Source: a virus. Taken from it: a stretch of DNA of 64,000 nt. Each line of letters starts with the position of its first letter. The stretch's first letter is position 1. The position numbers and the translations under genes were made by a program. The notes beneath the pieces were generated by a model, which had not been told where the DNA came from, searched no databases, and was given only the letters and a program-made list of their open reading frames with translations. Location: the IMG/VR virus record IMGVR_UViG_3300043137_000281. One strand, given 5' to 3'. This document shows positions 37,723 through 45,655 of the stretch, one piece after another.

Positions 37723-39429
37723 ATGCAATACCAATTAACCTTCTCTACCATTGAGAATAGAAACGTTTTTGCAGAAAAGTGCGGTTTAGCAACTTCTGAA
37801 TCAGAAACTATTTATATTCCCTTAGCCCTTCTTGGTGTCGCTAAAGCAGACGCCAACGTTCAAGGTATTGTTCTTGACGGCGAGGGTGAGCTAACAGTTA
37901 TCATCAATACAGATGATGCCGCAGTTTTAGAGACGGTGACAATCGAAGAAGATTTGGGCGAGGGCGTCTATGTAGTGAAGACTTCTGACCCGCTTGCATT
38001 ATATGACTTAGTTGCTGGTAAAATGGACCCAGCCGATGCACCGGTAAAATTGATGAGTGAGTTGTCGGGAGAAACTACCGACCTATCCTCACAAGATGCA
38101 CAATGGGCAAGAATCCGTATCACATCTCGTTATCGTCCTTTCCCTACCAGCTTTGAAAAAATCTCTTCCGATTATAAATCAAAGCCAGAAATCTTTGTTA
38201 TCGATTCTGGTATCAATTTCAATCATGCCGAATTTCAAGACGATGCACTAGAAGTCGTAGATTTCTTCAAGATAAACGCAATTGCCAATTACGCTGACAA
38301 TTTAGGTCACGGAACGGCCATTGCTTCTACAATCGCTGGTAAGAATGTTGGTCTACAACAACATGCAAAATTGATGAACGTCAAAACTTTTGACCTCAAT
38401 CAAAAGCCAACTCTACTCGACTTGGGTGCAGCTATCGACGCAATTCTTGCGCACCATCAAAATACACCTACTGTGCCCAAAGTAGTCAATTGCTCATGGT
38501 TAGTACCAAAGAGCTTTTACCTAGAGCAAAAAATTCAAAGCCTAATCAATTCAGGTATCACTGTTGTTGCCGCTGCAGGTAACTTCGGAGACGATGTTGC
38601 ACTTTATTCGCCAGCCGGTATGGCAAATGTTATTACGGTTGCCGCGTCAGATAGTGACGATATTGCAGCAGGTTTCAATAACTTTGCCACTTCGAGTGAT
38701 GTCACAACCAACTTTGGTCAAGTTGTAGATATCTTTGCACCAGGTGTTCAAGTTACCGTAGCAGATGTTGCTGGAGCATATGTCAAGACAGATGGTACTT
38801 CTATCTCAGCAGGTTTTGTTAGTGGTGCAGCGGCGGCACTAATGTCAGTAGCAAATTCTGTGCAGACACCAGAAACTGTATTGAATCTTCTGGTACAGGA
38901 TTCTACGAAGGGTGTTCTTCTAGTAGACAATGCAAAATTTTCAAGCAATCAGAACAGAATGATTCACTTGGTTGATGGTAATGGCGAAATCGCAAACTAT
39001 GGCGATCTAGATTTCTATATGGGCATCTTCAACGATACCACAGAAACCATGGACGGAGATATCAACAATCTGGCATTTGGTTCTGCTACGGATATTTTCG
39101 GAAATTCGGCGGCATACAGTCTGGTATGGGATAACGAAGATATCAAAACGAAGTATGAACAATATGTCGCTCTAAATTCTGAGACTGGCGAATTTAATAT
39201 CTCGAAGCCACTGGAAACTTTACCAGAGGGGCAAACACTTGAAATCGTCAAATTCAAGATTCGACAAACTTCGACAGTAGGGGAAGCATTTTCTCCAAAT
39301 CTATTCTTCTTCGCAACCGACCCTTCTCGTGATGCCAGCTATGACTATAATACAGATATTGCCTCGGCACTTGAAAATATTAACAGCCAATCATACTTTG
39401 CTGCATGGCGAGGCGCTCACATTAAGTAA
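37723..39429 (+). CDS. Subtilisin-like serine protease (peptidase S8)
   Basis: Catalytic triad motifs FVIDSGI (Asp), LGHGTAIAST (His) and GTSISAGFVSGAAA (Ser) in the canonical order. Confidence 0.75.
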   Translation: MQYQLTFSTIENRNVFAEKCGLATSESETIYIPLALLGVAKADANVQGIVLDGEGELTVIINTDDAAVLETVTIEEDLGEGVYVVKTSDPLALYDLVAGKMDPADAPVKLMSELSGETTDLSSQDAQWARIRITSRYRPFPTSFEKISSDYKSKPEIFVIDSGINFNHAEFQDDALEVVDFFKINAIANYADNLGHGTAIASTIAGKNVGLQQHAKLMNVKTFDLNQKPTLLDLGAAIDAILAHHQNTPTVPKVVNCSWLVPKSFYLEQKIQSLINSGITVVAAAGNFGDDVALYSPAGMANVITVAASDSDDIAAGFNNFATSSDVTTNFGQVVDIFAPGVQVTVADVAGAYVKTDGTSISAGFVSGAAAALMSVANSVQTPETVLNLLVQDSTKGVLLVDNAKFSSNQNRMIHLVDGNGEIANYGDLDFYMGIFNDTTETMDGDINNLAFGSATDIFGNSAAYSLVWDNEDIKTKYEQYVALNSETGEFNISKPLETLPEGQTLEIVKFKIRQTSTVGEAFSPNLFFFATDPSRDASYDYNTDIASALENINSQSYFAAWRGAHIK

Positions 39430-39431
39430 TT

Positions 39432-40172
39432 ATGTCGAAGTTGGTTTTTCAAACAGAATTGGAGGGCATGTATTTGCCCTCCAAAATATGGGTTTATAAT
39501 GACTTCTTAGACGAAGATACTAGAATATGTATCAATAACTATATTAAACATAGAACTAGTGGCAAATGGAAACAAAATTTAAATGAGCAAAGAAGTTTTG
39601 TTTTCCAGGGTCAAAATATAAAGTTATGCGGTCTTTCTGGATATAGAGCATATCAAATTTTGTGGTCGCTCTCACAAATTCCAGAGTATTTTCACCAGAC
39701 AAACGATACTATTGCCGACTGGGCAGAACAACATCTCAATAAAAACTTAGACCCTGTCTGTCGATTGATGATACAATCTGCTAGAAATGCAGCGCCGTTC
39801 AACGGTGACAAAAATTGGATTCCGTTTAGAGGCATCATCAATATTTTGCCGGTGGGAGAAAATCTAGAGGCGCATCTTGATGCGGACGACCAAGTAATCG
39901 ACACAGAAAAAAGCCAAGTTCATAGCTTTACATATTATGCTAATGGTGCTAATGGCGGAGATTTTTGGGCGCACGATAAGTATGATGAAGAGTTTAGATA
40001 TTCACCGAGTGCAAATGATGCGTTGATTATTCAAGGTACCGGGACATATCATGGCGTCTCTAAGGTCAAAGAAAATACCAGACTTTGTATGACAATTAGG
40101 TTTATCCATGCAGATGACTTGATTCTTCATGGTCATCCAGATAAGTTCTTATGGAAACCTAATCTAGAATAA
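39432..40172 (+). CDS. 2OG-Fe(II) oxygenase family protein
   Basis: AHLDADD (HxD) ... GTGTYHGVS (distal His). Tightly linked to the protease gene, with a 2-nt gap. Confidence 0.45.
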   Translation: MSKLVFQTELEGMYLPSKIWVYNDFLDEDTRICINNYIKHRTSGKWKQNLNEQRSFVFQGQNIKLCGLSGYRAYQILWSLSQIPEYFHQTNDTIADWAEQHLNKNLDPVCRLMIQSARNAAPFNGDKNWIPFRGIINILPVGENLEAHLDADDQVIDTEKSQVHSFTYYANGANGGDFWAHDKYDEEFRYSPSANDALIIQGTGTYHGVSKVKENTRLCMTIRFIHADDLILHGHPDKFLWKPNLE

Positions 40173-40701
40173 CACCCTTGCAATGAATGGTATATCTTTT
40201 TTCTCTAGCGTTAGTTGTAACGGGTGTAACTAGATGTGGCTCTACCTTTGATTGGTTAATTAGACCACATGAGTTATACTCAGGAAGAAACACTTTGTAT
40301 TCTTCATCATCTAGATATACATACAGTCCACCATCGTCTGGTCGCCAATCTTTATTCAAATAGAACGTTGCATTGAACATATATCTACTGTCATCGTGGA
40401 TTCCAGTGGCTGCACCAACATCCCAAATCTGATAAAAAGCAGTGAAATCATATCCTCTAATGTTCGAATCGATTTCAATTAGTTTCTGGCGAATAAGATT
40501 TTTGATATCACCATTGATGTATTTAAATGTAATCTCACCTTGCTCATGAGGATATTCAGTAGTATTTTTTGTACCCGATGCTTCTGCAACATTGACTTTG
40601 GCTCGTGACCATGTGTGCCATCCACCTTTAAGCAATTCATTATCAAGGTCTGTGTGGATTCTTTCCAACTCATCTTCTGAGAAAACATCGGTTATAAACA
40701 T
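40159..40701 (-). CDS. 2OG-Fe(II) oxygenase family protein
   Basis: TGIHDDSRY (HxD) ... RYTIHCKGV (distal His, basic residue). Confidence 0.45.
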   Translation of the reverse strand: MFITDVFSEDELERIHTDLDNELLKGGWHTWSRAKVNVAEASGTKNTTEYPHEQGEITFKYINGDIKNLIRQKLIEIDSNIRGYDFTAFYQIWDVGAATGIHDDSRYMFNATFYLNKDWRPDDGGLYVYLDDEEYKVFLPEYNSCGLINQSKVEPHLVTPVTTNAREKRYTIHCKGVILD

Positions 40702-40777
40702 GGCAGCTAATCTCTTGGATTTAAATACAAAAATATGGACAGTTTCACATCATGTCCAGGATGTCACACGAGTGGGA

Positions 40778-41254
40778 TTAGAAACGAAGTCCTACGCCAA
40801 CAAGACCACCATGCTTGCCAACGCTACCGTCGAAATCGGTATAGCGGTATTCTACCTTAGTATAGACAGGTCCAAGAAGATTAACTTCAAGTCCGCCGCC
40901 GAGACGGAGACCCTCGAGGTCTACACCGCGAACCTGACGCCAGTTAGAGTAACCAGCTTTACCATAGAGTAGAACGTTATCGTTGATGGTATAACCTAGA
41001 CGGCCAGCAACGCCAATATCACGGCGGTCAAAAACGTTGTCCGCAGTCGCTTCTACACCAACTACAACCTTACCGAGTTGAAGGTCATAACCAAGACCTG
41101 CACCATAAGTTACATCTGTAGGGTCAACACCCTGTGTAACATCATCGGCACCAGCAGTAACTTCTAGTCGTGGACCAGAAAAGTCGCCAGCAAATGCAGG
41201 AGTTGTAAGTGTGGCAGTGCCTAGAGCGGCTGCAATCATAAAGTTTTTCATATA
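40778..41254 (-). CDS. Outer-membrane beta-barrel protein (OmpA-like/OMP_b-brl)
   Basis: Signal peptide MKNFMIAAALGTATLTTPAFA with RBS AAAGGTAAAA. Alternating hydrophobic beta-strands. C-terminal ...GVGLRF (terminal Phe). Confidence 0.55.
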   Translation of the reverse strand, partial: YMKNFMIAAALGTATLTTPAFAGDFSGPRLEVTAGADDVTQGVDPTDVTYGAGLGYDLQLGKVVVGVEATADNVFDRRDIGVAGRLGYTINDNVLLYGKAGYSNWRQVRGVDLEGLRLGGGLEVNLLGPVYTKVEYRYTDFDGSVGKHGGLVGVGLRF

Positions 41255-41290
41255 AGTTTTACCTTTAGTTGTTAATATAATCATAATATA

Positions 41291-41366
41291 TGGTACGGAG
41301 TGACGGGCTCGAACCGCCGACATTCTGCGTGTAAAGCAGACGCTCTACCATCTGAGCTAACCCCGC
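41291..41366 (-). tRNA. tRNA-Val(TAC)
   Basis: Cloverleaf folds by hand: acceptor GCGGGGT/ACTCCGT (2 GU), D GCTC/GAGC, anticodon loop TTTACAC, T-loop TTCGAGC, encoded CCA. Confidence 0.75.
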
Positions 41367-41797
41367 ACAACATGGTCCGCTGCATGGGTAGCAGCGAAGG
41401 AATCTGGTTTGATTTTAGCATCAATACCCAGAGTTCCCTTAACGTAGCCGAGTGCTTCTTTGACGGCTACATTACTCTTATACTTTGGATTTGGGTTAAT
41501 GTCAAGATGAATTTCCAACTTTCTTTCACCCAAAACGTCAAGTATAGATGTTGCGGCTTCAATAGCAAAACCAACTTCTGAAATTAGACGTTGACGTAAG
41601 TTACCGAAGTCACGCATTTCAATGTTTTTATGAAAAATTCTAGCGCCGTGCTTAGAATCCATGTGAAGAATAATTACGGTTGAATACTTGGCGTACCAAT
41701 GACCGTCTTTACGCTTGAATCTAATCGAATCGGCACCGATATAAACAGATGACGCTTCACTAGAATTTAGAATTGCTTCTCTTGCTTCATCATACAT
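41357..41797 (-). CDS. Hypothetical protein (possibly RNase H-like fold)
   Basis: 146 aa ORF with IYIGADS...HLDINPNPKYKSN motifs. Confidence 0.3.
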   Translation of the reverse strand: MYDEAREAILNSSEASSVYIGADSIRFKRKDGHWYAKYSTVIILHMDSKHGARIFHKNIEMRDFGNLRQRLISEVGFAIEAATSILDVLGERKLEIHLDINPNPKYKSNVAVKEALGYVKGTLGIDAKIKPDSFAATHAADHVVRG

Positions 41798-41815
41798 ACG
41801 TCACCTGTTCATAAA

Positions 41816-41889
41816 TGGCGAAGGTGCCGGGATTCGAACCCGGAACGACGGTTTTGGAGACCGTAATGATACCATTTCACTACACCGAC
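41816..41889 (-). tRNA. tRNA-Trp(CCA)-like, atypical acceptor stem
   Basis: Perfect anticodon arm ACGGT-CTCCAAA-ACCGT and T-arm CCGGG-TTCGAAT-CCCGG, encoded CCA. The acceptor stem has two mismatches (U2-U71, C3-U70). Confidence 0.45.
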
Positions 41890-41895
41890 AAAAAC

Positions 41896-41973
41896 TGGTC
41901 GGGAATGTAGGATTCGAACCTACGACCCCCTGCTCCCAAAGCAGGTGCGCTACCCAGACTGCGCTAATCCCCG
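41896..41973 (-). tRNA. tRNA-Pro(TGG)
   Basis: Acceptor CGGGGAT/ATTCCCG, anticodon loop TTTGGGA, T-loop TTCGAAT, encoded CCA. Confidence 0.75.
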
Positions 41974-41983
41974 AATTCTTTAA

Positions 41984-42166
41984 TTACTTTGGCTGTTCAT
42001 TTTCACCAAGCGCAGGTTCCGCAGCTGGTTCCACTGCATTTGCTGTAGCAAGTGCTTCATCGGCTGCTGGGCCCGCTGCTTCTATAACGGATGGTGCTTC
42101 TGTGCTAGGCGCACATGCCGCAGTAAGTGCTACAACTGCCGCTGCCATAAAAGTCTTGATGTTCAT
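41984..42166 (-). CDS. Small Ala/Pro-rich lipoprotein
   Basis: MNIKTFMAAAVVALTAAC lipobox. Strong RBS AAAGGAAAA. Sits between tRNA genes. Confidence 0.45.
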   Translation of the reverse strand: MNIKTFMAAAVVALTAACAPSTEAPSVIEAAGPAADEALATANAVEPAAEPALGENEQPK

Positions 42167-42187
42167 ATTATTTTCCTTTGTTGAAAA

Positions 42188-42268
42188 TGGAGCCCCCGAC
42201 AGGACTCAAACCTGCATGTAATTCAGTTAACCTTTCCACTGGTTCGTAGCCAGAGGGTATACGGAGGC
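42188..42268 (-). tRNA. tRNA-like gene of uncertain identity (81 nt)
   Basis: Perfect 7-bp acceptor GCCTCCG/CGGGGGC, T-arm GCAGG-TTTGAGT-CCTGT and encoded CCA. The interior does not fold into standard D and anticodon arms. A clean CTGG-CTACGAA-CCAG hairpin (ACG) sits too close to the 5' end. Confidence 0.35.
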
Positions 42269-42270
42269 AT

Positions 42271-42344
42271 TGGAGCGGATAGTGAGACTCAAACTCACCT
42301 CTTTAGCTTGGAAGGCTAAGGCACAATCTCTATACCATACCCGC
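42271..42344 (-). tRNA. tRNA-Gly(TCC)
   Basis: Acceptor GCGGGTA/TATCCGC. Anticodon arm TTAGC-CTTCCAA-GCTAA, near-identical to E. coli tRNA-Gly(UCC). T-loop TTTGAGT (C56 replaced by U), encoded CCA. Confidence 0.7.
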
Positions 42345-42360
42345 ATAATATTATTTATAG

Positions 42361-42437
42361 TGGCGACTCGGACGGGACTTGAACCCGCAACTTCCAGCGT
42401 GACAGGCTGGTGCTCTAACCAGTTGAACTACCGAGCC
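42361..42437 (-). tRNA. tRNA-Asp(GTC)
   Basis: Acceptor GGCTCGG/CCGAGTC, anticodon loop CTGTCAC, T-loop TTCAAGT, encoded CCA. Confidence 0.75.
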
Positions 42438-42461
42438 AAATAGAGTATGCATATATAACAT

Positions 42462-43085
42462 ATGCATTTTGATCCTAGACAGATTAAACATCTAACTGAT
42501 TCAGTCGATGATGTTCTAATTAAGACCTTATTGAATACTGCCAAAGAAGCAAAGTCTTCTCAAGCCACAGTGGGAAGTGTGGTTGATGACAGCTATGTTG
42601 CTGTTCACAATACTGACATCTGCACAGCCAACTTTGTAGATTATAACAACTTTGCTGATAATGTTGAACTACTTGTAATGCGCTGCAAGGAGCTTGTAGA
42701 GCATCACTATAGCGTGGAATGTGTGTCACATTCCATTGACTTTCTTCACTATCCAGACGGAACTCACTATTGGCCGCATATAGATGGTCAATACATAGAC
42801 GGTACATTTGTTCGCAGAAGTGATATCAATCGTGACATAACTTGCGTAGTGTATCTAAATGATGACTATCAAGGTGGCGAAGTATATTTTCCATTCTTTG
42901 ACATTGAGAAGAAGCCTAATACGGGCGACATATTAATGTATCCTGGTAGTTGGCAATATCTTCACGGCGTCAAGAAAGTAGAAGGTGTTCGTTACGCAAT
43001 AGTAGTTTGGTTCCATACAAGTCCTGAAATGTATCAGGATGAGGAAATTAAACATCATCACATAATGAGAACACTCACTCATTAA
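42462..43085 (+). CDS. Prolyl 4-hydroxylase-like 2OG-Fe(II) oxygenase
   Basis: HYWPHIDG (HxD), ...YLHGVKKVEGVRYAIVVWF (distal His and Arg). Plus strand, inside the tRNA island. Confidence 0.6.
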   Translation: MHFDPRQIKHLTDSVDDVLIKTLLNTAKEAKSSQATVGSVVDDSYVAVHNTDICTANFVDYNNFADNVELLVMRCKELVEHHYSVECVSHSIDFLHYPDGTHYWPHIDGQYIDGTFVRRSDINRDITCVVYLNDDYQGGEVYFPFFDIEKKPNTGDILMYPGSWQYLHGVKKVEGVRYAIVVWFHTSPEMYQDEEIKHHHIMRTLTH

Positions 43086-43170
43086 TGGTGGGCCAGTGAG
43101 GTATCGATCCTCCCCCGGTAACGGACGAGATTTACAGTCTCGCTGCTAGAGCCACTAGCTTTACCGACCC
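43086..43170 (-). tRNA. tRNA-Tyr(GTA), long variable arm
   Basis: Acceptor GGGTCGG/CTGGCCC, anticodon arm CGAGA-CTGTAAA-TCTCG, type-II variable arm, encoded CCA. The T-loop is unusual (ATCGATA). Confidence 0.6.
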
Positions 43171-43175
43171 AAAAA

Positions 43176-43269
43176 TGGTAGTCCCTGGTGGATTCGAACC
43201 ACCGACGCTCTCTAATCTGGAGACGATGCTGGATATAAGCCAGGTGTTTTACCGCTAAACTAAGGGACC
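43176..43269 (-). tRNA. Atypical 94-nt tRNA-like gene (anticodon loop CUUAUAU = UAU?, extra 24-nt variable hairpin)
   Basis: Good acceptor GGTCCCT/AGGGACT, D GTTT/AAAC, T-arm GGTGG-TTCGAAT-CCACC, encoded CCA. The anticodon stem has a C27-C43 mismatch. The variable region contains a TCTC-CAGATTA-GAGA hairpin. Confidence 0.45.
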
Positions 43270-43273
43270 GAAA

Positions 43274-43349
43274 CTGGTGCTCCCGAACGGATTCGAACCG
43301 CTGACACTCGGTTCTTCAAACCGATGCTCTACCAACTGAGCTACAGGAG
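43274..43349 (-). tRNA. tRNA-Phe(GAA)
   Basis: Acceptor GCTCCTG/CGGGAGC, anticodon loop TTGAAGA, T-loop TTCGAAT, encoded CCA. Confidence 0.8.
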
Positions 43350-43356
43350 CATATAA

Positions 43357-43439
43357 TGGTGCGGGTAGAGGGACTCGAACCCCCACGGTTGCCCGTCTGG
43401 ACCTAAACCAGGTGCGTCTACCAATTTCGCCATACCCGC
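43357..43439 (-). tRNA. tRNA-Leu(TAG), type II
   Basis: Acceptor GCGGGTA/TACCCGC, anticodon loop TTTAGGT, long variable arm, T-loop TTCGAGT, encoded CCA. Confidence 0.7.
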
Positions 43440-43440
43440 A

Positions 43441-43527
43441 AACTTGAGCGACCACCTAAGTGTGCCTTGAACGAATACGTCCGGACGCTTCGTTCTTCCT
43501 TTTCAGGTTCAGCATAGGTGGTCTAAC
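43441..43527 (-). ncRNA. Strongly structured roughly 85-nt spacer element between tRNA-Leu and tRNA-Ala (candidate small RNA or processing hairpin)
   Basis: Nested inverted repeats GACCACCTA...TAGGTGGTC, AACGAA...TTCGTT and central ACGTCCGGACGT palindrome. No T-arm motif. Confidence 0.3.
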
Positions 43528-43528
43528 T

Positions 43529-43604
43529 TGGTGGAGAATAACGGGATCGAACCGTTGACATCCAGCTTGCAAAGCTGGCGCTCTACCATCTGAGCTAATT
43601 CCCC
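43529..43604 (-). tRNA. tRNA-Ala(TGC)
   Basis: Acceptor GGGGAAT/ATTCTCC, anticodon arm CCAGC-TTTGCAA-GCTGG, T-arm AACGG-TTCGATC-CCGTT, encoded CCA. Confidence 0.8.
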
Positions 43605-43608
43605 AAAA

Positions 43609-43728
43609 CTTATTAGAAGAACACACAAGATATAGAATAGTGTTGGCGCACTACCGTTCGCTACTCGCCAAAGTAACCGAACCGCCGATTGGGCTAAAAC
43701 CGTCTAATGTGTTCATCTAATAAGTCTT
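43609..43728 (-). repeat. About 120-bp structured element with roughly 17-bp terminal inverted repeats, copy 1, fused to the 5' end of tRNA-Ala (candidate small stable RNA or processing element)
   Basis: CTTATTAGAAGAACACACAAG...CTAATGTGTTCATCTAATAAGTCTT. The termini are reverse-complementary. About 85% identical to copy 2. Confidence 0.5.
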
Positions 43729-44065
43729 TGTGAAGCATGAGATTACTGCTTCTAATTGAGTGCCTTTGGTCATTACCGAGTCCCTTGCGAGGATCGTTCT
43801 ACCGTTATCCACTAAAGTCCTTTCGGATTCTCTAGTATCACTCAGTGCTGCCTTTTTTGAGGTCTGGCGTTTGACCTATCATGCTACGCTATTCGTCCCT
43901 CAATCTTCCGTTTGCCTTGCGAGCAATTCGGTTCCGCTAAGAACCTACGTCTTCAATCCGAACAATCACATCATCCTTGCGGGAATCCGTGAACCCAATT
44001 CACTTCCGTGTCAGGTATTAAGCACCTTTCACATAGCACTGGAGCAGACTTTCGCTTTTGTTATA

Positions 44066-44140
44066 CAAACCAGGAATTGAACCTAGATCGACAGTTTAAG
44101 AGACTGTTGTCTTACCATTAGACAATTTGCGAACCTACCA
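44066..44140 (-). pseudogene. tRNA-like pseudogene/fragment inside the non-coding island (intact D, anticodon CTT-loop and T arms, but no pairable acceptor stem)
   Basis: Minus-strand GTCT-AATGGTA-AGAC, ACAGT-CTCTTAA-ACTGT and CTAGG-TTCAATT-CCTGG arms. The flanking 7-mers are not complementary. Confidence 0.35.
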
Positions 44141-44751
44141 AGAAGTGCTGCTCCAGCAGATCCATATCTTGTTAGATACGGAATACTACACTCCTCATGT
44201 CTTTTACCTTGCGGGCTACTCAACGGCACTTCTAGTTTCCCCTCATCGGTTCTACTATTGTGCTACCGCTTTGCCTTTCCTTGCTAGGTCAGACTTAGCG
44301 ATTACCCATTAGTTTTCAGCATTCGCGAGTTTGGTTCGATACAGCTAGACCACCACAGTCTATTAGAACTCACCGACTGGCTCTGTTCGTATCCTTTCGG
44401 ACTTATATCACTCACTTACTGCCTACCGCCATTCTACTGACGGGAGATGCTTTCGGTAATGCCGAGACATCTCTAACTTGGGCTTGCATAGATGAACCAT
44501 TACTGGCGCAGTTACGTAGGAGTCCCTGCTTTGGCCGCATTACTGCGGTTATTCTAACGAGGCTATGCCCCCAATTCTTATTCTCTACTTATACACCACT
44601 TTATGGTGTTTGTAAATACTTTTTTGAAAAATATTTACGAGAAACTAGGCCCGGGATATTTTACAAGCATACGGGCGGCGCTTGCCGTTTTGTTTACAAC
44701 GTATAATCTGTTAGGGTATATACGTTGGTTCAGCAGACGGTACTGCTTATC

Positions 44752-44826
44752 TGGTTGCAGGAGTCGGACTTGAACCGACGACCTTCTGGTTATGAGCCAG
44801 ACGAGCTACCACTGCTCCACCCTGCG
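44752..44826 (-). tRNA. Initiator tRNA-fMet(CAT)
   Basis: About 85% identical in layout to E. coli tRNA-fMet, including the C1:A72 mismatch and CTCATAA loop: CGCAGGGTGGAGCAGTGGTAGCTCGTCTGGCTCATAACCAGAAGGTCGTCGGTTCAAGTCCGACTCCTGCAACCA. Confidence 0.8.
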
Positions 44827-44832
44827 TCAAAC

Positions 44833-44907
44833 TGGCTCCCTAAGATGGATTCGAACCACCGACCAATTGATTAACAGTCAACTGCGCTACCGCTGCGCCA
44901 TTAGGGA
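44833..44907 (-). tRNA. tRNA-Asn(GTT)
   Basis: Acceptor TCCCTAA/TTAGGGA, D GCGC/GCGC, anticodon loop CTGTTAA, T-loop TTCGAAT, encoded CCA. Confidence 0.75.
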
Positions 44908-44996
44908 ATATAAGCACCTCACGTCTTGGTGCTTACGTCAAACATTCTCGACAGACTCCATACACCATACGGTATGCGAGTAGTTTGACTATAAAA

Positions 44997-45072
<76 letters not shown>

Positions 45073-45076
45073 AAGA

Positions 45077-45201
45077 CTTATTAGAAGAACACACAAGATA
45101 TAAAAAGGTGTTGGCGCACCAATCGTTCGCTATCCGCCAAGATAACCGATCCGCCACCTCAATAGGCTAAGATCGTCTAATGTATTCATCTAATAAGTCT
45201 T
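45077..45201 (-). repeat. About 120-bp terminal-inverted-repeat element, copy 2, fused to the 5' end of tRNA-Thr
   Basis: Same termini and internal GTTGGCGCAC...CGCCAA hairpin as copy 1. Begins 4 nt from the tRNA-Thr 5' end, as copy 1 does from tRNA-Ala. Confidence 0.5.
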
Positions 45202-45240
45202 GTGTGGGGAGCCGAAGCTCCCCGACACAAACTTTTTTCT
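45202..45240 (+). terminator. Stem-loop followed by a T-run (factor-independent terminator-like) immediately beside TIR element copy 2
   Basis: TTGTGTGGGGAGC-CGAA-GCTCCCCGACACAA then ACTTTTTT on the plus strand. The orientation relative to the minus-strand tRNA operon suggests it may instead be an RNA processing hairpin. Confidence 0.3.
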
Positions 45241-45261
45241 AACGATGTCAAAGAACAGAAC

Positions 45262-45296
45262 TAATATATATACTGTTTTACCGAAAATGTCAAGAA
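45262..45296 (-). promoter_or_regulatory. Sigma70-type promoter of the tRNA-His ... tRNA-fMet operon (minus strand)
   Basis: rc reads TTGACA-TTTTCGGTAAAACAGTA-TATATA, followed by the conserved GTTCTGTTCTTTGACATCGTTAG that is shared with the promoter at 48562-48600. Confidence 0.5.
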
Positions 45297-45322
45297 CTTT
45301 TTTAATTATTTTCGAAAAACTT

Positions 45323-45398
45323 TGGGGTGAATGAAGGGGATCGAACCCTCGACATGCGGCACCACAAGCCACCGCTCTACCACTGAGCTACACTCACC
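45323..45398 (-). tRNA. tRNA-His(GTG) with encoded G-1
   Basis: Extra 5' G pairing with the C73 discriminator (bacterial His identity). Acceptor GTGAGTG/CATTCAC, anticodon loop TTGTGGT, T-loop TTCGATC, encoded CCA. Confidence 0.75.
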
Positions 45399-45561
45399 AT
45401 AATACCGATGAAGGTTCAAACGATGTATGCATCCATCTCCCTACTCGACGTATTCTCCCACTCGGTAAAACATGGGCGCTTACTTTTGGCGGAGTTGCCA
45501 ATCGCGCAAAACAGAATACCAACTGCGATCGACCATTACCGTATTCTCGACTCCATAAACT

Positions 45562-45648
45562 TGGCGGAAGGTGTGGGAGTCGAACCCACTCAACCATTTC
45601 TGGTTGACGCATTAGCAGTGCGTTGCATTACCGTCCTGCCCACCTTCC
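45562..45648 (-). tRNA. tRNA-Ser(GCT), type II
   Basis: Acceptor GGAAGGT/ACCTTCC, anticodon arm ACGCA-CTGCTAA-TGCGT, variable arm CAACCA/TGGTTG, T-arm GTGGG-TTCGACT-CCCAC, encoded CCA. Confidence 0.75.
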
Positions 45649-45655
45649 GTTTATA

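Noticed and set aside
42188-42268. Interpreting the clean CTGG-CTACGAA-CCAG hairpin as the anticodon arm of a tRNA-Arg(ACG)
   Set aside because: The arm starts only 8 nt after the acceptor strand, leaving no room for a D-arm. No permuted or intron-containing arrangement could be justified by hand, so identity is left open.
43255-43455. ORF 43255..43455 (-), 45190..45372 (-), 45394..45612 (-), 46739..47005 (+), 48285..48542 (+), 44792..44983 (+) and the upper part of 46468..46890 (-)
   Set aside because: All overlap tRNA genes and translate into Arg/Gly/Pro-rich products characteristic of tRNA-derived reading frames.
43760-44312. ORFs 43760..44080 (+) and 44127..44312 (+) inside the 1-kb island
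   Set aside because: They have no RBS, sit on the opposite strand to all flanking transcription, and overlap a tRNA-like fragment. The region is better explained as non-coding.
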